Under the pieces are notes generated by a model. It ran no database searches, had not been told where the DNA came from, and saw only the letters and a program-made list of their open reading frames with translations. A stretch of 64,000 bases of DNA, taken from the NCBI GenBank assembly GCA_030264375.1, contig JASCQW010000081.1:53459423-53523422 (forward strand). The letters are read 5' to 3'. Below, piece by piece: positions 23,516 to 37,520 of this stretch. Numbering within the stretch: the stretch's first letter is position 1; the number at the start of each line of letters is the position of its first letter. The position numbers and the translations under genes are program-made. The stretch is from Carcharhinus longimanus. Its lineage: Eukaryota.

Positions 23516-24941
23516 TCTATCCTGTCCATCCAATCATCTATCTAAGTAAAAATATTTGCAAGTTATAGCCCAATATCCTTCCTGTCCCTTTGCAATATGA
23601 TGAAGCTGATTTTCTGCAGAGTATCCTGCCCAACCGGTTTTCAAGCTAATTTAAACTAAATTAGATGAAACAACCAATTAAATTGGGGACATTCCGTCAC
23701 AGATGACTCACATTATGCTAGTCAGAAAACAAGATATGTGATATTGGAAACACCTGAGCTTGAGGCCATTGCAAAAAAAATATATTTAAAAAAAAAAACA
23801 ATTTTTTGTTTTTTTAATCCAGATGGAGTNNNNNNNNNNNNNNNNNNNNNNNNNNNNNNNNNNNNNNNNNNNNNNNNNNNNNNNNNNNNNNNNNNNNNNN
23901 NNNNNNNNNNNNNNNNNNNNNNNNNNNNNAAAGGCTGAAGTAAAATCCATACTTAGATATGAGCCTGTGAATTTTTTTTATCTTTGTAATCTCCAGTGGA
24001 GAGATCAGGCAATTTTCTTACCCCAAGTGCTAGAAGGTGTGGATTAGACATAGGTTTGAGGTAGCCATGGGGACTTCTTATCAAAATGACTGAACCTATA
24101 GGGAGCAATCTTGGATATTGAGCTTCAAATGAAACAATGGCTGGCCTTTCCGTTCCCGTTCTTGTTGGGCAGGTTTGGTGATGACTGAAAACGCAAGGCA
24201 TGTTTGACGTTGGCATTAAAAATTTCCACAGTTGTCCCCTCCCCCATTAGTTGGAGCTGTGTTTTCTGCCTTTGAATGTTGGGAACCTAATTTGCATCTC
24301 ACTATTGAGCGTTTTTGACAGAATCATACACTACCATCAAAAATCCATTCACAGTGGAGTGATATCAGAACAACGCCAAAGCACAAGTGGTACCTGGTGT
24401 GCAGACCTCAGGGCAATCTAGAGGTGGTGGGAGGGGGTTATCGGAGTTTGATTTGGAGGACACCAGGCTTGACTAGCAGTTACTGGTGTTTGACTGGAAG
24501 GGAGATTGGTGGCTTTATGTCAAGCTGGGGCCTAGCCGTGTGAGACCTATGGGTTGACTCGGGAGACTGTCATGTGTGAAAAATACCATTCTTGAGGATA
24601 CTTTTTGCTACTGGGCCATGAGCCTCTTGAAAGGTCCTCACAGTGGAAGGGAAGCCAGAATGAGTGCGGTGGGGATGTTGGGAGTCATCACAGACAGATG
24701 GTTCCACTTAAATCTGCAATAGTGGTGGCTTCTGGAGATAGTATGTTTTTAAGATCAATATTAATTGGAAAAACTTGTCAGTCATCAGTATCCCAGCTGT
24801 AACACAATTGACATCACACCCACTTACGTGCCACTTCTGTGTGATAAATATAACCGATGAGATAGTCCACTCAATCTGCAGTATGTTTCACAGCAGTGGC
24901 CTGCCATTGGTTGGTGGAAGGATCTTTTGGTCCTGCCTTTT

Positions 24942-25203
24942 GTCATAGAATCCCTACAATGTAGGAGGCCGTTCAGCCCATGGAGTCTGCATTGACCACC
25001 ATCCACCTAGGCCCTATCCCCATAGCCCCATGCTAACTAGTGTCCCCTGACACTAAGGGGCAATTTAGCATGGCCAATCCACTTAACCTGCACATCTTTG
25101 GACTGTGGGGGGGAAACCGGAGGAAACCCATGCAGACACAGACAGTGACCGATGCCGGGAATTGAACCTGGTCCTTGCATAATGAGGCAGCAGTGCTAAT
25201 CAC
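24942..25203 (-). mobile_element. V-SINE (HE1-like), reverse copy
   Basis: Reverse complement of the 2119 and 38679 elements, with an internal deletion. Confidence 0.85.
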
Positions 25204-25430
25204 TGGGGTTTCCCATTGATTGCACACCTTGCAGCTGGGAAATGCAGGCGAGGGTGCACTGTTAGCAGAACTGGAAGATCCCACCGGCATAAACAGCTAG
25301 AAAATTGCAGCCAATAATCCAATTAATATCTTGGTAGCCTCAAGTTTTGGTGCATTAGCTTTGTTAAATGTACCTTAAGATGGCAAAGAAATGAAGTGCT
25401 CACTTATAAGGAAGTTAGAAGGGTGTGATC

Positions 25431-25436
25431 TTTATT
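25431..25436 (-). terminator. Candidate HMCN1 polyadenylation signal AATAAA
   Basis: TTTATT on the + strand, about 400 nt past the stop codon and just before repeat sequence begins. Confidence 0.5.
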
Positions 25437-25840
25437 ATTTGATGTCACACTTCAGCCTTTTGGTAAAAATAAATGAACCATAGGTAACTGCATAGAAAAT
25501 ACAGAGAATTGCTCATATATACATTTCATAAAAATAGAATACATCTTGATATCTGACTCCCAGAACTTGTCATCTTCTCATACAGTGTATTGACTTTAAA
25601 TGGCTGGTGGCTATTTGGTCTTTGGTTAAGCATTGCTGAGAATGATGATTTGTCTGCCTTGTTCAAACAACATGCCAGAACAGTGCCTGCTGTCCACAAG
25701 CTTCAGATATGCATACTGCCAAAACATAGCACCATTTTAACAAAACTGTATTAGACAATGGCAGATTTCAAATATTTGTATCCGGTGGTCCTGACTGCTA
25801 CTTATTTGGGTGAATAAAAAGTATACTTGTTGAAGTGCTT

Positions 25841-26207
25841 TTAGTATGGGTATGCAGACACTGCTATATAAACTATGAAAGTAGTCTGGTATTCAATATT
25901 TCCATCCACACTGTATGATGATGCTCGCACTTTCATCCTATATGTCTGAGGCTCTCTTAGTGGTCTAGTTGTAAACACAACTCCTTTCAAGTTCTCATCT
26001 CGAATTGCAAAAGGTATCATTGGGTCCTCATCAACCATGTAGAAGACTGTTCTGGGATGCATCACTCCATCGTGTGTGTAAGCCACGAGGCGGATTAGAT
26101 CCTGATTTGCAGCAATTCCAAATGGAAGAGCGACGAGCTTATACTCCAAGGCATAGGGACTGAGAGCACATTCAAGATCATTGGGTGGACAGTTTTTCAG
26201 GCAAAAT
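25841..26207 (-). CDS. HMCN1: Hemicentin-1 terminal coding exon (fibulin-type C-terminal module)
   Basis: FCLKNCPPNDLECALSPYALEYKLVALPFGIAANQDLIRLVAYT...YQTTFIVYIAVSAYPY-stop matches the hemicentin-1 C-terminus; acceptor tttgtAG; TAA at 25841-25843. Confidence 0.96.
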
Positions 26208-27071
26208 CTACAAAGCAAAGATTAATAAGTTTACAAAGCAGTTATAGTATGAGGAAAGTCTTTTCATATCAAACCAGAAAGACTCTACAGTTTCTTAAAT
26301 TATCTCAAGATTTTTGCATTCAGCACCATTTTAATCTCTTTGTTTTCAATTCTCAATAATGGCATGGGATTTACTGTGAGATTGTGTCAATCAGATTTAC
26401 CTTTGGAATTATCAATAGGGAATATCATTGTTTCAAATTTAGGAGAAAAAGGGTGTTGGTAGGAGTGTTAACATCAGACTGAAAATAGGTCCAGAAAATA
26501 ATCTTTGTCCCAGGGTTGGACTAGTTTTGTAAGTTCTTGGCTCGCATCATGTAAGCAGTAATAATATTGTATCTCAGATGGATAAATGGCTGTAGTAATT
26601 CAAAAATTGATAACATTTTAAACACTTCATCAGTGACTTGCTTAGTTGTTTTATAAATGGGGAGGTAAATTGCTGGTGATAGACAGCCTCATTAGAGAAA
26701 AACAACAATAATAATTTTCTCCTTAGTGGAGGGTCCTAGTGGAGAATTTCATCTATTTAGATTTGTTCTGGACTTTTATATTCTATTTATAGAATATCAT
26801 TTAATCAGATTAATCAGATTAGCAAACATTGGATGTAGTTAGAAATATACTATTATGAAAAATAATTAAGAAATGTCAGCATGCAATGTGATAAGAAATA
26901 CATTTTTAATCTTTTGATATTTTGAATTATTATGACAATTAGAAATGTAATGGCAAATAATTTCCCGAATGGGCATTCTCAGTTTTAGATCAGGAGATAC
27001 TTCTCATTAAACAGGGAATCTGAGAAATAACATTAGCATTGGAAAAGAGCTGATGGTGCTGGTGAACTTAC

Positions 27072-27198
27072 CCAGTGACTGCATCACGCTGATACTTGGG
27101 TGGGCAAGGAGTATCTATGCACTGGTAGCTGCCTCTCATGTTAAAGCACATGTGGTTTGCTCCACAGTGGATGTTTTGCTCTAAGCACTCATCTATAT
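27072..27198 (-). CDS. HMCN1: Hemicentin-1 exon, EGF (DIDECLEQNIHCGANHMCFNMRGSYQCIDTPCPPKYQRDAVTG)
   Basis: 127 nt, AG/GTAAG boundaries; its phase joins the last exon as TG-FC. Confidence 0.95.
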
Positions 27199-28589
27199 CT
27201 AGATAGTTCAGAGACAGAAGAAATGTTATTACTGTTATGGTCATGTATTTGCACCTCTTGTAGCATTTAAAATTTGAGTGCCCTTTTTTAAGCATTCAAA
27301 GGAAATAAACAAGCATTTTTTTTATGATGAACACAAACTATACAAAAAGTACTGCAGAGGTTAGAAACCTGGAATAAGGAGAAAATACTCAGTGGGTCAG
27401 GCAATATCTGTGGAGGTAGAAAGAGATAATGGGCTACAGGTTTCCCCAGATGGAATGTCTTCTGGAAACTGATTCACTCCGTGCAAGCTAACACTGAATC
27501 AAAAAGCACAATGGATGAGCTAAGTTGGCTGTCAGTGGGACTTCTACCCCTCATTGATCAAGTCCTGGCAACAGCAAGGGATCACTAGTGGGCACTGACA
27601 GAGCTGCAACCAGTCCCAAGGTGGATCACAGAGTGAATCAGAGGTATTGGGCCAGCTTCAGGAGGGCTTTGGGAGGAGTGCAGAATAGATGAGTTTTAGA
27701 GAGCAGGCAGGGAGAAAGGAAAAGTGGGTGTGCCTTCAATGTGCAAAGGGCAATCCCTAAGATAGTCATCTTTTTTCTTCCTAACCTTTTGAAAGCTTTC
27801 TTTTAAACATTGGTTGTCCACTCCCAATCATATTATCGGGGTCAATTGGCTTGTAAATGAGATCAATTGGCCTGTAATTTCTTTAAACATGGCGGGCAGG
27901 CTGTTCATTTCAGCACCTGCCCATCTACTATGTTATGGGGTAAGCTCGGGGCTGGGTGGGAAAGTTGGGGACTGGGTAGGGGCATGTAAAATCTAGCTCA
28001 AGATTTCAGATCAGTGACCTCTGATTAAGAGGTACTGCTGCCTGAAATGCTGAACATTTCCAGAATTTTCTGTTTATTTGGAATATATCTGCTTTGGTAA
28101 ATGGAGGCAAAACCTGGCTAAACCTGAGCTCTTGATGGTTTACTAGTGATCCTAGCAGAAAAGAATGCGTGTGTAGCCAATAGGAGAGGACATGAGTGAG
28201 CTAAATTGTGACCTCTCTCATAGTCAAACTGGCAGTGGTTGCTGTCTAGGTTTACACGTGAAGGCTGTCCACATGACTGTGGTATGGGTGGGTGACTATT
28301 TCCTCTGGTCTGTACTATCCATGTAGGAATCAGCACAGCAAAGGATCAAAGCAAAAATGTTTTATTCAAGTCAGGAAAATGAGAGCCTGTGACTTAAAAT
28401 GTACTAAATAACTGTGGCTATTTATAGAATCCTTAGGTTACCCAGAAAACCACTGTAACCAGCTTGTAAATTTCAAGCTCTAGTCAGTGACTGTTTGGCA
28501 ATTCTAAAAGTAAGTATGTGTGTTAGATACAAGCCTATCTATACCTTATAATCCATAACATCTAGCAGTGCTTGTTTAAATTCCTGTAA

Positions 28590-29760
28590 GTATTCATTTA
28601 CAGCACAGGAAAAGGCCATTTATCTCAACAGGTCCTTGCCAATGCTTATGAGCCTCTTATCCTTTTTCATCAATAGATCAATAGAACACCATCAATAGAT
28701 TCTTCTATTGCTTTCTCCCTTGTATGATTTCCTAGTTTTCTCCTAAATGAATTTGCCTCAGATACTTCTTGTTGTAATGAGTTCCATATTCTTATTCCTT
28801 TCCGAGTAAAGGTTGTCCTAATTCCCTGTTAGATTTATTAGTGACTATCTTCGAACTATGAAGACTCATGACTCATAGGTATGATCCCATTTGCAAATTG
28901 AAAAATCTTCTCTATGTCTATCCTTTCATAGTCTTAAATACCTCAGTCAGGTCACTCAGTCTTCCCTTATCTAGAGAAAAGAGTTTCATCCAGTTCAATG
29001 TTTCATTAAGAGGTGTAACTATGAGTATAGTTCAGTTCTGTATGGTTCTTAAATATCTTTTTTGCATCTTATCCTGCACCTGTTATCCTTTTTTTTTATA
29101 TAAGCTGGAGATCAGAACTGTTCATATTATTCCAAGTGTTGTCTAATCAAGGTTCTACAAAAGTTTAACATAGCTTTTGAATTCTAGAAATAGCTTTTAT
29201 CATTTTGTTTTTCTACTTTTATGTAATGACATTCCTGGATTCCTCTGTCCTCCAGCTTGCTTAGACATGTAAGGGTGAAATTATTCCATGCCTGCAGCAT
29301 GAAACAGGCTCTTGTTGAAGTGGCAGACTGTTGTATACTGTGCCAGATTTTATTGTCTATTGACTTCGAAAATATTGCCACATTTATAAATTTCAAACCA
29401 CGTTAACGTAACAGAAAGACAAGGAAATGAGTCTCCACTAGGAGTTTTGATTACCATTCTGTGAACTTCAGTGGTAGAGAAATATCAGATGCAATGAAAG
29501 AATCAGATGCTGGTTTGCATTGAGTGCATTTTGCACTGTTAGCATAGATATATTTTACCCTCTTAATTCCTAGGAGTATGTGACCTCCCAATTCTTCCAA
29601 CAAAATGTACAATTCTGTATTAATCACCCCTACCATTTTGCTGTCTTTGCAAATTGTGAACTCCAACTCATTCATATAAATAGTGAAAAACGTTAATCTC
29701 AGCACTGATCCCTGGATAACACCAATTACCAGCATTGCCAGTCTGAATAATTCATTTTAA
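28590..29760 (-). mobile_element. Old CR1 fragments
   Basis: GVIQGSVL-like RT motif and decayed 3' region on the minus strand; boundaries approximate. Confidence 0.55.
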
Positions 29761-30550
29761 CTCTGACACACTTTTTGATTTGTAGCTAGTTTATTGCTGT
29801 CCAATCTATTGTTTGCCTCCTGACTCCACCTACAGCTTTTTGGTGTCTGGGTTAGGACCCTGATGCCAAGTTCAAATGGAAGACTCAACTCCATGTTGTG
29901 TGTGGAATAGTCACCCAGTAGCGATTTTTCCTGAATCAGCCAATTGATGGCCAGAGGATTCACTTGCAATTCAATTCAGGACATTGTACAGGCTTTCAAA
30001 GTTGGAGGGTCAATAGGAGGCCCTTCAGTTCAGAAGACCTGCCTTTTAATGTGAGACACATAGAGCATCTCCATCTCGAGGGGGGTGGGTGGTGCTTGGT
30101 GGGATTGTGCTGTCCAGTAGCCTGTGTTTTCATGTCTGGCCACCCTAAATTGAACTCTGGGGGGTGGGGGGGGGGCCTGATCTCAGTGCAGCCAGGCTTT
30201 ACTGGTGTGTTGAGGCCCAGCCCCTCTACATGATGGCGTGAAACACATCTACCTGTATTATGTGGCAGAATATGCTAAGAACTGGAGAGACAGAAACAGG
30301 AGCATTGCCCCGGGGAGAGAAACAGGGGCATTTTCCCACTGGAACCAACAAACTGCCCTTTTGTGGGTCACATTTTGCCCAAAGGATTTGAAGAGCACTG
30401 GATAATGTACCTCTATAAAATCTATTTTACAGATTTTAAAATAAATAGGTTAATGCTGCATTATTTTAGCACACATGCATTGCTTAATGATTAATCCAGG
30501 AAATGAAAACTCTTGAAACATTATTTGGAATTCTGAAAACCCCACCCTAC

Positions 30551-30670
30551 CTTGGCATGATTTCCCATTAGGCATGAGTCGATATCCACTGGGACAAAGG
30601 CATTGGTAGCTTCCTGCTGTGTTTTTGCAGTCATGCTGACAAGGTTCCTTGTTTTCACATTCATTAATAT
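30551..30670 (-). CDS. HMCN1: Hemicentin-1 exon, cbEGF ([40 protein letters not shown])
   Basis: 120 nt phase 1-1 exon with AG/GT boundaries and cbEGF consensus. Confidence 0.95.
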
Positions 30671-31694
30671 CTGCCAAAAAAGAATTTGACAATCAGAAAA
30701 AGCAACAAGGTATTTTATTTACTAGCAATAACTTCCAGAGATTCATCTGTTCTTTGACAAATTATGATGGTGTTAAATGATGACCATTGCAGAAAATCAG
30801 TATTTTAAATGAGCTTAAAAGATATTAGAATTGATGGGCTGTATTAAAGGACTACACAATCAGATGAACTTCATTGAAATATTGTTTGAAAACAAGTTTA
30901 AAAATGTTTGAGGAAATAAAACAAGCCTAATAAGGGAACTATATCTGCTGAATAAACATTTAAGTTCCTGTCTGAAATCAGAAAATTTATAATTTCATTG
31001 CATTTTAGTCATTTCCCCTTTCCTGAGTTTCTTTTGCCTTCCCCTCCTGAAGATGCTAAGCTGGCTAAGGCTCCATAGTTACAAACAGTCCTTTGCTACT
31101 TTTTCCCAAAGCTGCCTTTTCCAGGAGCCAAAATGTTATTCATTTTTGTAGTGAAGCATTAATATATTAAAAAGTAATTGTTTTGGTACCTCTAGTTTAC
31201 ATATTAAATCGTCTCATGTTAAGTTGTGTCAAACCCACGAGTAGTGAGCTCCGTTCATCATTTGTTACGTTAAAAGTTTGAGCTTTTGTGATTTACCAAA
31301 TGAGGGTAGAGAAGAGAAGCCTTGCATACCTATGACTGAGTGTTTCTACGTTGGCTGGGGCAGCATTTTAATCTGATCAGAAGTGAGACAGGTGTTCAGT
31401 TAGTTGATGAGTACTGGGGGTAGAGATGAAATTGAACTGAAATCGACATTAAAATTACGAGGAATGGTGGCTTTAAGAAACCAAAGACATGAATGAATAA
31501 TTACAAAAATCTAAAGGGAATGTTGCTAGTTACTGTTGAAAGTGTGACATGAGTTATGTTCATGAACATAATCCAGAAACAAATTTCTGTGCAATGGTAC
31601 TTCAACTTCACAGCCTAGAAGATGTTTAATCAATATTTTTTTCAGGTACATTACATAAAAAAAACAGATTCCATTTATAAAGGCTGATGTTTAC

Positions 31695-32066
31695 CTATGC
31701 AATTGTCATTCTTTGCCTCATAGCCTTGAGGGCATGTTTTTCTAATGCTCCTGCCAGTCCTGGAGAAAGCTGTACGGTAAATGCTTCCATAGCCCACGTG
31801 CGATCTATACTGAGAAGACTGACTAAAATACCGCTGTTGCTGCTGCGGTTGTTGTTGGTTGAAGTAACTCACACTGGGGAATTGGGCAAAGTTATAATTT
31901 CTCTCATAATTTGGCAACCTTTCTAATCCAGCACAAGATTNNNNNNNNNNAGATTTCCCATCACCTAACAAATGTTGTCCAGGTGGACAGAGACACTTGA
32001 AGCTGCCAGGGGTGTTGATGCACTGGTATGCACAAGGTTTAGGCACCCGTTCACATTCGTCAATGT
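31695..32066 (-). CDS. HMCN1: Hemicentin-1 exon, cbEGF plus Y/Q/S-rich linker ([12 protein letters not shown]...GLERLPNY...[22 protein letters not shown])
   Basis: AG/GTAA boundaries. Contains a 10-N gap (31941-31950) with duplicated AGATT, so the true length is probably 357 nt. Confidence 0.94.
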
Positions 32067-35000
32067 CTGCTCATACGACATGGGTCGCAGCATAATATAA
32101 CATGAAAGGGAAAGAAAAGAGAACACAGAAAAAGAGGATCAGTTTGGATAATACAATGAGGATCTCATCGTACAGTAAACCTGTCACATGGAGAAATCCC
32201 ATTTTGGTGACTACTCCAGACAGGATTTTGAATAAAGATACTTAAATACATTTGATAGCTATTGTTGAGCTTTTTGACAGAAACTTTTATAATGCAGACA
32301 TCAGTTTGACTGAGGCATATGTTTTGTTGACAATTAATTTCTAGAACAGTTAACTTTGGATACAAATAATGAGGGATTTAAATGTGGAAACTGAGATTTT
32401 GTCAACATCTGAGTTCTGTCTTATCTAACAAATGCACCTGAGCGGGGAATTGTGAATATTACCTTGATAGAGCAATGTTGGGAATACCTTGGCTTAATTA
32501 TTCAGTACTTTGCATAAGTATATGCTCATTTAGGTGAGGAATGGAGGAATTTCTGTTTCTTATATGGGGTATCAAACACTCTATGGTCAGATACAGCAGT
32601 GTTAGATATCACCATAATCTCCCTCCACACTGAATGTCAGAAAAATACTAGTGTGCCATCTATTTTCTACTTCCAATAGCAGTCACTCTGAGTGAGGAAC
32701 TGCTAATTAGCACCAGCATTTTTAAAAAAGTATTATACAAGTGGTAGCTGGAGCTGGATTGAAATTTCTGTTTGCTTTGTCTGGCTATCATTAGACTAGA
32801 AATGATGTTCAATCGAATCCACTATCTTCTACTGAGCAATACATCAGGATTGTTGACTCTGACACCCTTATTAAAACAATCCCAGTATAAATCTGTCGTA
32901 ATTGCTCAATTATGTGTAGCCAATGTCAAAATTTGACAGGTTATATATTTATTTAAAGCATACTTAACAGTTTTGTAGCTTAACTCCAAATGATGTCCCT
33001 GGAACAAGCTATCTAGCAAGTGAAAACCTTAACAGCATTCTTAAAATATGGAGAAACCTGGCCTGTGACTGGTGACTAGGACTAAGCAGTGTCAATCCAA
33101 TTAGATGCAATGGCCTATTTACGTAGTGACGTGTAATGCTGTTGGACATCTAGGGAAATATTAATATAATTGGTTTAAATGTGATTCAGGCCAAATGCTG
33201 TTATTTTGAAAATATCTGACAATAGCTTTGTAAGTTATAAGCAAACGTGTTGAAAAGCCCAGAAATAGTGGCAAAGGAAAGGATTAATTGTACTGTAAAG
33301 ACTTAGCAATTAAATGTATAAGTAGATAATCAAACCAATGTGGAAAGCAGGTTTGAACAGATGCACTGTTATTCCAAGTTTAGTATGGAAAAAGACCCTT
33401 TGAAATGAACACTCTCTCATCAATATAAGTATGGATAATCACATTGTTGAATACTTCAGATTATTATGTTTAGTTAAATATTAGTATCAAAATGAATGAG
33501 TCATCACATAGATAATAAAGCATTGGTTTGGATGGCATATGTCCAAACTGCAATGAATCAGAGTGAATGTAGAGGATTGTCTGGTCATCGATATAATGTT
33601 AGAAGTAGTTTGAACTGCCAAGGATAACAATTATCCCATGGAATAAGTAATTGTATGTTCTTCTTTTTCCCAACAACCCATCTCTCACACACAGCAGGAA
33701 TCTAACTGTTCGTTATATTCTGGATAGAATATGCAAAACAATGATGTTGCACCTTTTCATTTCTTAGTCGGCCATTTTTGTATCTAGCACCTCAGCCAAG
33801 CTCACCACAGTGAGGCATAAAGCCCCAACTAGCTGTTCGAGATCCATGTGTTAAGACAGCTGGATTACAGGGTACCCTTTCAGATTTTTTGTACTTAATT
33901 TAGTTTCTTATCCAGCTTTGCTTAACATCTTCCAGGTGACATTTAATGTTTATCTAAGAAATATAGGGCAGGATTTTGAATGTGAGCAGTGAACAAGTGG
34001 TACTTTGTTGACTTTTCACTTGCCCTTTTTATAACAATTTGCTGTCAGCAGGACAGTTAAAATGGCAGGTGCCTTGTTCAGCATTGTTAATGAGGAATAT
34101 AGAGTTTGAACAAGGAAGTGCAAGTCAGAGTGTTTCGTTCAAATTAAGTCAGTTATAGAAAGCAAAGCAAAGAGATAGAAAGAAAGCTTAAGAGAGAAAC
34201 AAAAGATAATGATATGGTAAAAATATTACATTTCTTTTCTAAAATCTCCAACCATAATTACAAGTTGTAAAACTTCATTTGGCAGTAATTAAGATATATC
34301 ACACTGCTGAAAAGACACATAGAATCTAAGTCCTAATTGTGGCAAATTTCATTTGTATCTATGATGTCAATATAGGAACTTCCTACCATCTAATGTTTAA
34401 ATGGGAGATCAATGGCAAGATACCATTTTCATGAAGTTTATTGATAAGCGGCACATCTCGAACAGCATCTTCTGGATCTTTTGCGTTTAATAGCACTCTT
34501 ATGCTTGCCGGAAATGCTGTTCAATTTGTGCATAAATAACAGCAACATTAATCCACTAAAATCACAGTAAAATTTGGGCTATTTTGATTCTGGATTGGCT
34601 ATTATTTAGACTTTGTACAGTCTTTTACTATAACAGTCATTAGTAAAAACATTACAGAATTTATAGTGCAGAAAGAGTCCATTCATCCATCGTGTCGGCC
34701 CTGGAATGAGCAATTTACTTAGGTGTCAATTCTCCCGCTTTCTCCCCATATACCTGCACATTATTCTTTTTTAAATAACTATCTTTTGAATGCCTTGATT
34801 GAAGGGCACTGATTTTAAAAAGATTTTTAATTAATTAGCTTTGTAATTGTAGACATTTCCATTTTGGCTTAACAGTTTTTAACTTTGCATTGTAAATTTG
34901 CTTCCTTTTATTCATATGTTTCACATATATTGATTGAAGCAGTTTGAGTCCAAATACAGCAACACCAGGATGACATTCAGGCTTGAGCTGATAACTGGCA

Positions 35001-35646
35001 AGTTACATTCACATCACATACGTGTCAGGCAATGATCNNNNNNNNNNATTGGCCCGCAACACCCCCCCCCCCCCCCCCGCCTCCCCACATGACATTTATT
35101 GCAATAAAATCATTGAATCCCTACCGTCAAAATCTTAGGCATTACCATGACCAGTCATATAAATACTGTGGCCACAAGAGCAGGTTAGAGGCTAGAAATT
35201 CAGTAACTCACCTGACTCCCAAACACTATCCACCATCTACAGGTACAAGTTAGGAGTGTGATGGAATACTCTTCACTTCCCTGGATGAGTGCAGCTCCAA
35301 TAACACTCAAGAAACTTGACACCTTNNNNNNNNNNNNNNNNNNNNNNNNNNNNNNNNNNNNNNNNNNNNNNNNNNNNNNNNNNNNNNNNNNNNNNNNNNN
35401 NNNNNNNNNNNNNNNNNNNNNNNNNNNNNNNNNNNNNNNNNNNNNNNNNNNNNNNNNNNNNNNNNNNNNNNNNNNNNNNNNNNNNNNNNNNNNNNNNNNN
35501 NNNNNNNNNNNNNNNNNNNNNNNNNNNNNNNNNNNNNNNNNNNNNNNNNNNNNNNNNNNNNNNNNNNNNNNNNNNNNNNNNNNNNNNNNNNNNNNNNNNN
35601 NNNNNNNNNNNNNNNNNNNNNNNNNNNNNNNNNNNNNNNNNNNNNN

Positions 35647-35737
35647 TGCAAACTCCACACAGACAGTGACCCGAGCCAGGAATCGAACCCAGGACCTTGG
35701 AGCTGTGAAGCAGCAGTGCTAACTACCGTGCTGCCCG
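35647..35737 (-). mobile_element. V-SINE 5' head running into a gap
   Basis: Reverse complement of GGGCAGCACGGTAGTTAGCACTGCTGCTTCACAGCTCCAAGG...GTGGAGTTTGCA. Confidence 0.8.
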
Positions 35738-36384
35738 CATAGTCCATGAAAGAATAAAAAAGCACAATATCTAATCGTTGAATTTAATTAATAATTTATG
35801 TGTGAATATCCTTAATAATTTTAGGTTACAGAAACTCCATTGCTGGTACTCCCTGACACCGACGAAACTTTGTTTTATTATAATAAGAGTTTTATCAACA
35901 AAGTGTGATCAGAAATCGCAGGAAATACGGTCACACCTACAAGAAACGTACACCATACACGAGGTTTATATAATTAGGCAATGTTTATCCATTTGGATGA
36001 TCCACCAGATAAACTTGTTCATCGCAGTGCCTGTCAAAAAATTAACATTAAAGTCCAAGCATCTTTTGATCACTTTAATTTTACAGCTAATTTTTCAGAT
36101 GAGATGGACTATTTCTCAACTCTATCTCCTGCAAATTCAAGCACTAAATGAAGATTTTTTTCTCAAGTCAAAATTCTGTGCAGAATCAGATGTGTTTCCT
36201 GATTCACCATCCCTTCTTCCACCCTTTTAATTTGAGTTTCTTTTAAGCCAACTTGTGCTTTCTCCCTCTTTCTTCCTTTTCCATTTTTGTCTTTCAAATT
36301 CCATTTCTAAGCATTTCAATCTTTCTCATCTTTGCTCCTCTTCCAACTCCAACTCATTCATTCAAAACTGAATTCTAGCTAAAA

Positions 36385-37520
36385 ATAGTTTTCAGGATTG
36401 TCAATGACCTCATCTCTTTTGAAGATTTTCTCTCCACAGCCTCCAACCTCATAGTCTCCCAAACCCGCACAGCCCACTTCTACCTCCTTCCCAAAATCCA
36501 CAAGCAGGACTGCCCTGGTAGGCCCATCATGTCAGCCTGTTCCTGCCCCACCGAATTCATTTCTTCCTATCTTGATTCCATTCTCTCTCCTCCTGTCCAG
36601 TTCCTTCCCACCTACATCCGCGATTCCTCCGTTGCCCTACACCATATCAACGACTTCCAATTCTCCGGCCCAAACCGCTTCCTCTTCACTATGGCTGTCC
36701 AATCCCTCTACACCTCCAATCCCCACCAGAATAGCCCCAAAAGTCTTTGCTTCTTCCTCGAACAGCGATCTGAACAATGCCCATTCACCACCATTCCTCT
36801 GTCTGGCTGAACTGGTTCTCTCATCCAACAATTTCTCCTTTAACTTGTCTCATTTCCTCCAAATAAAAGCTGTGGCTATGGGCACCCAATGGGTCCCAGT
36901 TACGTCTGTCTCTTTATGGGGTATGTGGCCTATTCCTTCTTCCAGTCCTACTCTGGCCCCCACCCACAAGTCCATTTTTGGTGCATAGATGACTATTTCG
37001 ATGCTACTTCATGCTCTTGTCTGGACCTGGAAAAATTTATCAATTTTGCCTCCAATTTTCACCCCTCTAACACCTTCACATGATCACTTCTGACACTTCT
37101 CTTCCCTTCCTTGAACTCTTTGAATGCATTTCTGTTGATAAACTGTCCACTAGTATCCATTAGAAGCCCACCGACTCTCACAACTACCTTGACTACAGCT
37201 CTTCACAACCCATATCCTGTAAAGGTTCCATCCCATTCTCTGAGTTCCTTCACCTCTGCTGCATCTGTTCTGATGACGCCACTTTCCAAAATAGAGTTGC
37301 TGATATGTCTTTCTTCTTCCTCAATTGTGGTCNNNNNNNNNNNNNNNNNNNNNNNNNNNNNNNNNNNNNNNNNNNNNNNNNNNNNNNNNNNNNNNNNNNN
37401 NNNNNNNNNNTCCCTCCCAGAACCAGGATAGGGTCTCCCTTGTCCTCATTTTTCATCCCACCAGCCATTTCCACCATGACGCCAAAACTCAACACATCTT
37501 GCACCATCACCATCACCCCC
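36385..37520 (+). mobile_element. Penelope-like retroelement RT fragment (frameshifted)
   Basis: FYLLPKIHKQDCPGRPIMSACSCPTE, FTMAVQSLYT, AMGT.MGPSYVCLFMGY, CIDD, YSKPTDSH-like motifs. Confidence 0.88.

Noticed and set aside
35778-36230. 150-aa plus-strand ORF
   Set aside because: Non-ATG start, AT-rich composition, no motifs, antisense within an intron.
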